Below, in pieces: positions 26,901 to 37,000 of a stretch of 64,000 bases of DNA. The notes beneath the pieces were generated by a model. That model searched no databases and was not told the DNA's origin. It saw only the letters and a program-made list of their open reading frames with translations. The stretch lies in NCBI GenBank assembly GCA_018304425.1, contig JAGVWE010000004.1, forward strand, positions 219,189 to 283,188, in the 5' to 3' direction. The position numbers and the translations under genes are program-made. Source of the stretch: Candidatus Iainarchaeum sp. (GTDB taxonomy: Archaea > Iainarchaeota > Iainarchaeia > Iainarchaeales > UBA10219). The number at the start of each line of letters is the position of its first letter. Position 1 is the first letter of the stretch.

Positions 26901-29900
26901 ATACGTTTTATCGGGCTTGGCGTTCGAAATCTCGAAGGGCTCGAGGTTGATGCCGCCCTCGCTGGCGCCGCCGCGGCAGTCGTCGTGGTCGCAGAACTTA
27001 AAGTCGACGTCCACGTTGCCGCAGGCCTTGGTGTCCACCTGGAACTTTTCGTTGCCGTCCTCGTCTCCCCGCTTGATGCGCACCCCGTTCTGGGAGTCCG
27101 GCGTGAACTTGACGCACTGGTCGAGGTTCGTAATCAGGAGCTCGCCGTCCACCTTGCTCGTGCCCACCGACACCGGGCCGGTGTCGGACAAGACTTCCGC
27201 GTCCAGGATGACCGAGAACTTGGCGGTCTTGCCGAGCACGCTGGCGTCCGGCAGGGGCGTGAAAGTAAGGCTTCCCACGTACTCCTTGTCGGCCGGCACG
27301 GTCTCGAACAGCTTGGTCTGCCGGTTGGACTGCACCAGCATGGTGGGCGCGGCTCCCGCCGAGGTGTCGTTTAACGTGATTTCCACGTAGCCAACGATGT
27401 CTCCCTGCCACACCATCATGGCAGTCAAGTTGTTCAACCCCATGGGGGTTCCGTCTTTCGTGACGCAGTTGTTTTTGACCACGATTTCCTTGACCAGCTT
27501 GCTGGTGAAAGTCGTGTCCTTCCAGGCATTGGGCTGCACGGTCAGGCAATTGGCTATCTTCGGCTTTTCCGCCAAGCCGATGTCCACCTTCAAGGGCACC
27601 GAGTAAACGTAGGTCGCGGTGCGGCTCTCGTTGCTCAACTCGATGTAGAGGCTGCCCTCCACGCTCGTCTTTTCCTTCAACAGCTTGGCCAACGCGGAGA
27701 CCGTGGCCTTGACGTTCAGGCTCTTCGTCGTGTTTTCCTCGAGCCAGAAGGGCTGCACCGTGTACTGGTTCAGGTAGTTCTGCATCTTCTGCAGGTCGAG
27801 GAGGCCCCGGAACTTGTCTCCCTTGACCAGGAGCTTGGAGATGTAGAGTTTCTGGGGCACTTTGCTGGTAATCTTCAGCTCGGCGTCGCGCTCGTTGTTG
27901 GTCGTCAGCCCCAGGGAATAGGTGAGGGTGGCGGGCGAGAAGTCCACGGGCTTGTCGCTGATTTCCAGGGCAACCGCTTCGCCCATGAACCCGCGTTTCT
28001 CGACTTCCACCGTGAGCTTCGTGCCCGGCGGGGAAGCAGGGAAGACGAATTCAACGGTTCCCTTGGGCCCCGTGGTCTTAATCTGCACGGTTTCCGCGAG
28101 GTCGGGCGTGCGGCGCCGCAACCGCACCAGCGCACCGTCGGTGTCAAAGCCCGAGTTCTCGCCACCCGCATAGGTTATGTGGACAATGACCCGGGTCTCG
28201 ATGTAGGCCGGGATAACATCCTGGTCCAAGTCGATTTTCAGCTGCTGCTCGGAGAAAATCGTGAACGCCGTCAACCGGTTGAAGGCCTCCCTCCCGCTGG
28301 AGACCATCAGTTGCTGTACGTTGGTCTGCCCTTGCTTGCGGGCCTCGACTTCGAGCTGGGTCTTGGCGGTCTTGCTTTGCGTGAACCGCCCCAAGCCGAT
28401 GGGCGGCAACTCGAACCGTTGCCCGGTCTCGCTGAAGGGCGTGGAGTCCGCGTTGACGACCGTGTACTTGTCGATGACCAGGCGGTCATCCATTTTGAGG
28501 CCGTCCTGCGTGACCCTTATCCGGAGGTTGGCGTTGTCGTGGACGGTGGGCGAGTCATTCGTGACCGTGCTCTCGAACCGGTACTTCTGGAAGACCCGCA
28601 ACTGGAAGGGCTCCTTCAAGTACACGTCGTCAATGGGGTCGAACACTTTCTCGCTGTAGCAGAAGCCGTTGGCGCAGGACTCGGCCTGGCCGACATTAAA
28701 GGTCTTATCGTAGCTGTTGGCATACAATTCCTTCTTGTCCGCGGTTTCCTTCCTATCCCCCAACGTCGAGTCCACGGGGTCGCGGAGGAACTTGCCCTGC
28801 AATTCCTCGGCTTGGATGCGGTAACTCAAGGGGAGGGCCGCGCCTGCCTGGGCTTCCTGCCTCACCTTCAGCTCCACGTCCACGTTGTAGATGCCGGGCT
28901 GCATGCCCTTATTATCCATCCACGAGACCTCGGCCCACTTCGCGTCCCCGTTCGTCAACAGGGCCCGGTCGTTGCCGGCCGGCGGGTTCCAGGTCGTGCC
29001 CCGGATGATGCTGGTAGTCGGGATGTTCAGGTTGTTGACGAACCAGGCATCCTTTTCCACGGCGTTCTCGGAGCCCGTGCGCAGGAAAAACGTCAAGGCC
29101 TTCAACGTCGAAGCACTCGGTACCTGCACGTAGAACCGCACCTTGTACCTTTCCCCGGGCACCATGGCCTTGACCTTGGTGTTGGTCTTGTCGAACAAGC
29201 CCTCGAACACGATTTTGGGTTCCCTGCCCTCGATTTTTTCGACCAGCAGGGCGTTGAATTCGATGGTCTGGTCGGGGAACACTTGTTCCACCCTGGAAGT
29301 CCAGGAAGTCCTCCCCGTCTTCGAAACCCGGGCGTACACCGCTGTATCGGCCTTTGTCGGGTGAGTGGCAACGCCCTTGTCGTCCGCGGAAAGCGTGCCC
29401 AGTTTGGTGCCCGCGGCATTGAACACTTCCACGTCCACGAAGGGCACGCCCTGCCCGTCCGCGTCCCTGGCGTTGACTTTCAGGGTGCCGAAGCCGATTT
29501 TCATGTCAATGGTGAACTTCGTTATTTGCTTGACCAGCAGTTCCTGTTCCGGGCTCTTGCCCGTGGCGGGGAACTTCTGCGCGTACGCGAGATACTTGCC
29601 GGGCTTCAAGCCCTTGAATCGGACTAGGCCCTTGTCGTCAGTCGATGGCGCGCCACAGGCCTCGCAAATGAACTTGGTCAGCGCGTAATACATGTTGACC
29701 TTGGCGTTGACCACCGGCTGCTTTTCCTCGTCCTGCACCAGCACCTCGACCTGCCCCGAGTTCTCGGGCGTCAGCTTTTCCAGCTTTACCTCGACGTTCA
29801 AGGGCTGGGCCTTCGAGGCGTTGCTCGCGTCAACCGCCACGTCCGCCGAGGAAAGGTAGTCGTCGTGGTAGGCTTCCACGAAGTACTTGCCCTTTTCCTC

Positions 29901-31055
29901 CAAGCTGAAGGTAACCTGGCTCTTGCCTTGTTCCACGGCCTGCGAGCCAATCGCTTCCCCGGTCTCCCGCTTGAGGGTCACCTTGGCCGCCGTCACGGCG
30001 TTCCCCGAAACCTTGTCCAAGACCTTGACGTTGATGACGGCCTGGACTTCCTTGGTCAGGGTCACGTCAACGGTCTTGGTCTGGTCCGCGTAGACCACGA
30101 ACTTGTCGGACTGCGCGTTCGCATACGCCCCCGAAGTATCCGTTACCACCACGTAATAGGTGCCGGGCGTCGTCTTGAAGGCCTTCTCGCCGTAACTCGT
30201 GAAACCCTGGTCCACGGAAACCCCCACCGCGTCCCTCAACTCGACCTGGGTGCCGTCCAAAGCCGGGTTCAACCGCACCAGGATTCCTCCCTCCCGGACA
30301 ACGGCCTGCTGCAAGTGCAATACGCCCGAGCCGTCGTCGACAAACGAGTCCGAGGAAATGCCGCTGCCCTCCACGTTCACGAGCACGCTGCCACAGCCGT
30401 CCGGCGGCACATAGGACAGCGTTCCATTGGTCACCGTGTAAGTGTCCTGCAGGAAGCTCACTCCCAGGTTCGAGCAACTCAGCCGCACCGTCAAGGGCTT
30501 CAAAATCTTTTGCCCCGAGGCATCCGTGAAGGAAATGCTTTTGCCCAGCGCTTCCGGCCCCAGGCCCCCATTCCCGGTTCCCCCCGCTTTTTCGGCCAAG
30601 GCCAGCCGTTGCTCGGCCGTGTCCTTGCCGAAGACAAACGACTTCTGCACGCCTTCAAAGCCGTCCCTGGTGACTATCAAGGCCACCTGGCTGCCCTCCG
30701 GCAACTCAATGGATACCGCGCCCTGCGAGTCCGTGGTCAACGTGAACGTGTCCGCGTCCGCGGTCAAGGAAACCGAGGCATTGCCCAACGGGTTGCCGGC
30801 CGCGTCCGTGACCTGCAGGCTCAAAACGGTTTTGGGCCCCAATGGGGGCGGCGTGAGGCCCGGCTGCAACAAGAAGAACGCGCCCACCGCGCCGACAACC
30901 AGCAGCAGGACCAGCAACAGGAAGCTGGGCATGACCTGGTCGATGGGGTCCACGACCTTGTAAATCGGGATGACCTTGTTGAGGCCGTCCAGTACCTTGT
31001 AATAACCGTCTTCCAGGGAATAATAAAAGTCTTTGAGGTTCTGGCCCAAGCCCAT
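23928..31055 (-). CDS. Giant membrane-anchored surface protein, paralog 1 (2375 aa)
   Basis: Conserved N-terminal motif plus TM helix, tandem carboxypeptidase-regulatory-like beta-sandwich repeats (V.D..G.P+..A.V), an internal ~40-aa hydrophobic hairpin, and the CDATQ...LPFDG module. Confidence 0.9.
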   Translation of the reverse strand: MGLGQNLKDFYYSLEDGYYKVLDGLNKVIPIYKVVDPIDQVMPSFLLLVLLLVVGAVGAFFLLQPGLTPPPLGPKTVLSLQVTDAAGNPLGNASVSLTADADTFTLTTDSQGAVSIELPEGSQVALIVTRDGFEGVQKSFVFGKDTAEQRLALAEKAGGTGNGGLGPEALGKSISFTDASGQKILKPLTVRLSCSNLGVSFLQDTYTVTNGTLSYVPPDGCGSVLVNVEGSGISSDSFVDDGSGVLHLQQAVVREGGILVRLNPALDGTQVELRDAVGVSVDQGFTSYGEKAFKTTPGTYYVVVTDTSGAYANAQSDKFVVYADQTKTVDVTLTKEVQAVINVKVLDKVSGNAVTAAKVTLKRETGEAIGSQAVEQGKSQVTFSLEEKGKYFVEAYHDDYLSSADVAVDASNASKAQPLNVEVKLEKLTPENSGQVEVLVQDEEKQPVVNAKVNMYYALTKFICEACGAPSTDDKGLVRFKGLKPGKYLAYAQKFPATGKSPEQELLVKQITKFTIDMKIGFGTLKVNARDADGQGVPFVDVEVFNAAGTKLGTLSADDKGVATHPTKADTAVYARVSKTGRTSWTSRVEQVFPDQTIEFNALLVEKIEGREPKIVFEGLFDKTNTKVKAMVPGERYKVRFYVQVPSASTLKALTFFLRTGSENAVEKDAWFVNNLNIPTTSIIRGTTWNPPAGNDRALLTNGDAKWAEVSWMDNKGMQPGIYNVDVELKVRQEAQAGAALPLSYRIQAEELQGKFLRDPVDSTLGDRKETADKKELYANSYDKTFNVGQAESCANGFCYSEKVFDPIDDVYLKEPFQLRVFQKYRFESTVTNDSPTVHDNANLRIRVTQDGLKMDDRLVIDKYTVVNADSTPFSETGQRFELPPIGLGRFTQSKTAKTQLEVEARKQGQTNVQQLMVSSGREAFNRLTAFTIFSEQQLKIDLDQDVIPAYIETRVIVHITYAGGENSGFDTDGALVRLRRRTPDLAETVQIKTTGPKGTVEFVFPASPPGTKLTVEVEKRGFMGEAVALEISDKPVDFSPATLTYSLGLTTNNERDAELKITSKVPQKLYISKLLVKGDKFRGLLDLQKMQNYLNQYTVQPFWLEENTTKSLNVKATVSALAKLLKEKTSVEGSLYIELSNESRTATYVYSVPLKVDIGLAEKPKIANCLTVQPNAWKDTTFTSKLVKEIVVKNNCVTKDGTPMGLNNLTAMMVWQGDIVGYVEITLNDTSAGAAPTMLVQSNRQTKLFETVPADKEYVGSLTFTPLPDASVLGKTAKFSVILDAEVLSDTGPVSVGTSKVDGELLITNLDQCVKFTPDSQNGVRIKRGDEDGNEKFQVDTKACGNVDVDFKFCDHDDCRGGASEGGINLEPFEISNAKPDKTYDVLVTKKTVPGYYGVPVYARPAGGGWRQIAEYKVIVESDGYLDFDKYTFYTPPGQTDSAILKNFKLREDVAVTADMCAWDESSKSGVGKSIAAGVVVGALVVIAGAVPLIGIIVAVVVAVVLAIFGVFDEDCHDTTDTHTLPDYVINLNGVGKKGAAIYLPPDAQSVILDKEKLVGMFNLAIADCLDCGSKNSTQTVGVNFQNLGILDEKPTYAIATILTKIHHHGDPLHAGKAAVTCDNGEFAGYWIGAPTNQGACVEASDGEYREPIHVRFITQTEKLEIPRLDFDTFACNAGTSLGVNGPGALPKTRLNWNWNGSDAIQADSCNADNANGIYCDATQLNIAIVKRLEAFDEFLKANNYQFTCPSTDETGKVTTQFNTDNALHTVDAGSVGASSIIGTQNGDDMTVQVTATNNGTAPADASVSVRMNGTAGGLKTCTIALAGISNLAGVNSKTGECIMADLADGIYTAVAEVTSSSAASIDSASVAFAFRVNLNPQPSEIEQKTGCGTPRSTETTYGESTINRFIKADSSVNWTARVPNVQALNQLTKFNAMLMADGYSEDFIKDFGEYYTNVAFADADTAFHSLGTAPGNKKYGFNQLYLQQNKLFFTRRFENNVNTIQAGIYEVELGPLFTNDWRFFDDQGNVKGKMSVSLYRVADPVPNSMFYRLPFDGLVGLKKDRFDRQGYGVSFVNLNPTETVRIDNGAVALTSYPDAGSNPMNKIFTSIEKDIKTINTSPQFKGIVLRMETQGEGAVKMTMAPSYATPVVLEMNKKEISTEPFGAFYLLSDKELPVNTGTSLTEWSGAGACLNFDGQLVTEAFFHKPDRSATQKDRLFNFQNAYTVDWSKADYAGKVDLRTIIYTPRHMSAVLRAEEPKGSLNFLTADEYGAVVKLQGISSMQYNRPGRATSDYINSVEDVFSLVKRQLLCAREEGTSVSFFWDPTRIYKQAGAKQSIHDFTQKLEAGKTCIGYSASSPPRTGSTAIQGNS

Positions 31056-31067
31056 GTCGTTCTACTC

Positions 31068-34000
31068 CTACTTTGACTCGATGCATGCCTTTTCAGGCGT
31101 GGTGGCCGTCGTAATCGCCAATTCCTCGGCTTTCATGAAGTCCGTGTCCGAGACCTTCTTGGGGTTCCACCAGAAGTCCGCCCGGGCATCCGTGCCCGAA
31201 ATGCAGACGAACTGTTTTGCCACCAGCTTCAAGACGTCTCCAATGCTTTCCACCTGGTGCCCGTCCAGCAAGCTGCTTACCTCAGGGACACCGTAGAGGA
31301 GGGCATCGCTTCCCCCGCCTGCCTGGGCAATGAATGATGCCTTGTCGTTGCCCACGTTCAAGTGGATTTTGCTTTCCTGGTTCTGGGGCGTATAGTAAAT
31401 GGTCTTCAGGTAGACGTTGCCGTAGTCCAGGGGCTTGCAGAACTCGAAGCCATAGCTGGTCGCGGCGATTTCCCCGCCCAACAACGCGCACTTGGTTTCC
31501 AGGCCGTGCTGGTCCGGCGTCTCGTAGAACGCTTCAATCATTCTCCTATCGTCGAAGCTCGAACAACTATAGCCTATGCCGTTCCACTTCGAGGAAACCG
31601 GGCCCAGGTTGGCGGCGTTGCCCCCGATGGCGAGGCTGTAGAACGCCCAGGCCTCGTCGTTGCGGTTGGTCATCTTCAGGATGAGGGGCGTGGCCTTGCT
31701 GGGGCTGTAGGTTATCTGGTTGATGGCTCCCCGGCTCACTTCGAGGATGGTGCCCCTTCGGTCGACGTTGAGGCGCTTGAAGTCATTGGACTTGTCGAAG
31801 ACCTCGATGACTCCGTTCTGCACCGGCGTGCTGCCCGGGATTTCCACGGTGTGAACGGCTTCCTCGGCCGGGTTCGCGTTCACCTTGATGCGGTCACCCT
31901 TGTAATTGACTCCATAGCCTACCCTCCCGTTGCTGACCCCGATGGGGCCATCGAAGGGCAGGTGGTAGAAGGGGCTGTCGGGTTCGGGGCTGTCCAAGCG
32001 GTCCAGCAACACCTCGATGCGGGCCGTCAACTTGTTGCCGTCGAACAGCTTCCAACGTGCATCGTCGTAGGTGATGTTGAGCGTGACATCGTAGATGCCG
32101 GGCCCCGGCAGCATATAGCCTTCGGGGTTCTGCTGGCCGAACCGGGGCTTGAACGTGAACCGTTCCGGGTCCCGGAAGTACTTGTACAAGCCGTCCACGG
32201 GGTTCTTGTATTCCGTGGGCGCGCCGAAGAAGCTCTGGGTCCGCGCGTACTCGTCGAAGTCGCGCTGGAAGTCGGCCGTGAAGCGGTCCTTGATGAGGTT
32301 GGCCTTGAAGTGGATCCGGTTCAGGAAGCCCTGCGCCGTTGGCCCAGTTATGCCGGAAGCCGCCAGGAAGTCCTCCATGCGGCTCGTCGAATACGGGGTG
32401 CACTGGGCCAGGGAATTGGTTCCCACCGAGAAACTGACTTCGAGGCTGTCCGAGCCCGCGTTGTTCTGGCAGCCCGGGCAAGCCAGGTTGGGCAGGATGT
32501 CGGCCCGCACCCGGTAATTGCCGTCAGGCAAGCCGGTGAGCTTGCATCCAACCGTGGTCGACTTGTTGACTTTCACGGTGAGGCTCTCGGGACTGCACTT
32601 GTAGTTCTTGCCGCTCAGCACTTCGACGGCGTAGGCCTTGACCTGGACCTCGACTTCGCCGGGGTTGTTGTTGGTCACTTCCATGGACACGTTGTAGTCG
32701 CTGCCCGTCCGCTTGGCTTCGAGGCGGCTCAAGCCGATGTCCTTGCCTCCGATGGTCGCGGTCCTGGTGCTGAGGGGCTCCAAGGCCGTTGGACACGAGT
32801 AGGGCGTGTTCCGCTCGATGAAGTCCTTTTGCAGGGTGTTAATCTTTTGCAGCAAGGCGATGCTGAACTGCGTGGCGTCGCAGAATATCGCGGTACCGTT
32901 GTCGGTGTCGCATTCGTTGGCGGTTATCGCTCTCCAGCCCCAGTCCAGTTTGATGCGGGGAATGGCGTCCGGCCCGGTTCTACCCGTCCTAACTCCCGAC
33001 TGGCAGTTCATGAGCTCGGGTTTGTAGTCGATTCGGGCCTCGGGGGGCACGGCGTTGAACTGCAACCGGAACTTCTGGTCCATGGGAACCGGTTTTTCCT
33101 CGTCCAACTTGGCCTTGTCGAAGTCTTTGGCGTCATAGGTCTTGTCCGCGTACTTGTGTTCGATGGCTTTCACGACCAGGTACTTGACTCTTGGGTTCTC
33201 GGGCTCGGTGGTGAAGCGCGGCGTCGAGTTGTTCGTGAACTTGAACTGCTGTTTTTCGGTCCTGGAATTGTTTTTCAGGTCCCGGCTCGTGCTGATGACG
33301 GGCTTGCCGTCGCCTTTCTCGCGGCTGACCAGGACTTCCGTGTCCTTGACTCCTTCTTCCTTGTCCGCGGGGAAGCCCGTGTACAACTCGAAGCCCTTGA
33401 TTTCAATGTCCTTCTGGATGGTGGGCATGTCTTCCTCGCCCTGGCCATAGTAGGAGACCACGGTTCCAATGGCCGTGGCCAGCAGGGCCTGCACGGCGCT
33501 GCCCTTGCTGCCCGTGATGGCACCCGTCAACGTGCCAATGATGTCAGTCGGGCTCACGCCTCCGCTACTGCCCCCGCTTCCCCCACTTGGCGCGGCCCTG
33601 CCCGTGGCCGGCAAGCCGGCGACGGCCGCGCCAACACTTCCACTCGGTTGTTGGCGCGAGTTGCCGCTTAAGGCCGGAGCAGCCGACAACGTATCTAGTT
33701 TTTTGCCGATGTCGGCAATGAGTTTATTAATTTCCTTTTTTTGGGTATCGGTTGCGGCCGGATTGTTCTTTAAGTCGCTCAAGTGTTGCGCCGTCTCCAG
33801 ATAGAAGCCTCTTTTCGTCTTTGCGTTGTCGCTTGAGTTATCCATTTGAGTTATTTGCTGGGTGTAAAGCCTAATGCTTTCCTGGATTAACGCAGTGGAG
33901 CCAGGTTGTGCCGCTGGTTGCGTTCCGCCCATTTTTTCTTCGATGGCCTTGGCTTTCACGCGCCATTCGCTGATTTTCACTTGTTGTTCCGTGGACGGGT

Positions 34001-37000
34001 TCGCGGCCGCGGCTACATCGAGTTTTTTCCTCGCTGTTTGGAGGTGGAGTAGCTTCTCGGCCTCTACTTTTGCGCTTTCAGCGGCCGCCACTTCCGTCCC
34101 GGCCTCGCTGAGCAGCGCGTCCACGTTAACGGTAGTCGTTTGCCCTTTAGCCTTTTTGGCGGCCAGTACCCTGTTATAGGCAGCCACTATGCGGTCGGCG
34201 GCATCTTTTCCAATGTCGCCGGTGAGCTTGTCCCCGTTTGCATTCAGCACGAAGTATTCGTCGCCTGATTTGACAAGGAAGGCAGCGCCGTCGGGCGCCG
34301 CGAGCTCGTCAATTATTTCGTCGTTTGAAAGCCCGGTAAACGTGGCGATGGTTGTGACGCTGTTATCGGAATCCAGGGAGCGCTGCGTTTTCGCAAGCTG
34401 AGCGGATTTGGCGGGGTCGACGCCGGCAGTGGACCCGCTTGTCGTAGTTGTGGGGGCCGTGGAGGCGGGTTGTTTCGCGAGGTCTGCTTCGAGGCTCTTG
34501 GCGAAGTCGTCGGTCACGGTTTCACCACTGCTTTTGACCACCCATTTGCCGGTGGGCTTTCGGATGTATTCCGTGCCATCCTTGGTCACGGTTTTCTCGT
34601 CCTTGGCCGCCACCTTGTCCTCGCAATGGTTTTTCCGGCAGACCTGGCCTTGCCCGCAGTCCTTGTCGTCCGTGCACTCCGGGCCGGTGATGGCTTCCGT
34701 GATGCTCTTGCCTTGGATGACGCCGGCCAGCGTCCCCAAGAGGAACGTTCCAATGCCTATTTTGAGGCCGTCCTTGAAGGCCTCGCCCCAGTCCTGGTAG
34801 TTGACGGTCACATCGACTCCTTTTTCGATGCACTTGTTGGTCAACTGCGCGGTGTCATAGCCGTCGAAGTCGTCTTTCGGCTGGTCGAGGACGTCGAACT
34901 CGTACTTGGAGAGCGCCAGGCAACCGATGGAGTCCACGCGCACGCGGATGTTTTTCAGCAACTGTTCTTGTTTCTCGTTCTGGGCCTTGGACTTCACGAC
35001 CACGCCGTACTGGCCGGGAACCTCTTCACCGGCGAAGACCTGCACCTGCTGCGAGCCATCGCCGTCCAACACGAATTCCTTGACGGAGAGTTCGAGGTCG
35101 GACTTCAACTCGAAGCCGGTTTTCCCGCCGCACTTCTTCGTGTTAATCGTGAAGGAGGCGTTGCCTTTCTCGGGCATGGCGATGAGGTGCCGGTCGAAGC
35201 TCACGCAGTCCTTGATGTTCACGATGTTGATTTGCGTGCCCAGCTTGGATTCCAGCAACTGGTCCTTGTCTTCCTTGGGGTTGCGCGCCGAAAAGGAGAC
35301 GTCGGCCTTTGCCTCGCCCATGGTGCCGCCGTAGGGCGTGAAGGTCAAAATCGCGTTCAGCGTTTCCCCGGCCTTCACTTCGCTGACGATGGCCCGGCTG
35401 TACGCGGAGCGCAACTCGACTTCGGTCTGGCCAATGGTGACCCGGTACTCGCCCAACTGGTTGCCTTGGAAGGCGAGCTGGGCTTCGAGCCTGCGCAGGG
35501 GCACGGGCTGGCCGTTAATCGTGCAATTGTTCTGGATCTGGAACTCGACGTTCACGGGGTTGCCTTCGGTGGTTGTCTCCCACTTGTTGCGGGTCAGGGT
35601 CAGGCAACCCGGGCTGTCAACATCGCCGGACAAGCCGATGCCGATTCTGGCCGGTATTTCGAACACCCATTCCTGGCCAAAGTTGGTCACGGTCACCAGG
35701 AACTTGCCGTCCAAGTCCACGCGGTCGGTCAAGGCCTTGCCGTCATCGCTTAAGAACACCCGGAGGGTGCCGTCCAGGGTCTGGCCCGGCTGGATGACGT
35801 AGTTATTGTAGTTCGAGACCAGCCAGTTCCTCGTCTGCTGCTCGTCCAAGAGGTTCTTGAAGTTGCCCACCAACTCGATGGACAGCACTTTCAAGGGGAA
35901 GTTGGCCACGTTCTTGGCGTGGAAGCCGGTCTCGGCTTCGGGCTTGGACTTCGCGTTCAGGCTCATGCCCAACTGGTTGGGCTGGATTTCCAGGATGTTG
36001 GAGGTAACGGTTATCTCGGCTTCCTCTTGGTCGAACTTTTCCTTCTCGCATTGGAGCACGAGTTGCACGCCCGGCAACTGCGCGGGCACGCGAATCACGG
36101 CCCTTCCCTTGGAATCGGTTTTCGCCTTGACGATGACGTTGCCCCGCTTGTCTTCCAGGCGGCAGGTGGCGTTGTCCACTTCGAGGTTGGTGCCGGAGTC
36201 GACGAGGTTGAAGACCAGGTCGTTTTCGATGCCGGAGGACAGCGTGCTCCGCTCTAACTGGATGAGCAGCTGCTTGGAGGCCGCCACCGCGACGTTGATG
36301 AACCGGTCGAAGGCAATCTGCTGGTCGGACACCAGGCGGAAGTTGATGACCCCGTTGATGGCGCGCTGGGTGGCGAACCGGAACCGGCCCGTTATCCGCT
36401 TGTTGGGGGCCAGGTTGCCGACGTCCAGCCGGGGGAACTCGGGGCCGTTGACGTTGCCCACGCGCGGCCTCCCGTCCGCGTCGTTGACCGTGTAGTCCAG
36501 GAAGATGAGCGACAGGTCGGGGTTGGTTACGCGGAGGTTGGCGTTGGTGTGGTACAAGGCCTTCGAGTTGTTGGTGAGCGTGAAAATCATCTCGTATTCC
36601 GTGAACACCTGGGCCTGGTAGGTGTCGGTTACGTTCTCCAAGAGGTCTTCCTGGAGGTTCCGGATGGACGCGTCAAAGCAGAAGTCCTGGTCGCAGAGGG
36701 TGCTGGCCCCGACTTGGTAGGTCTGCTTGTAGGCGTTGTCATACAATTCCGTGGTCTCGATGAAGTCATCCGCCGGGTCCCTGACCACGACCCCGTCAAC
36801 GGCCCAGGCCCGGTAATAGACGTTCAATTCGTCGCCCACGGAAGCCGTTTTCCGCACCTGCACCGTGGCCTCCAACTCGTAGATGCCGGGCTTGGGGTTC
36901 CGCCAGTAGGCGTTCAGCCACTTCGCGTCCCCGTTCGTGTAATCGTAGCCGGACTCGTCGAGGCCGCTGCGCTCGTCGAAGGCCGTTGACTTGATGAGGC

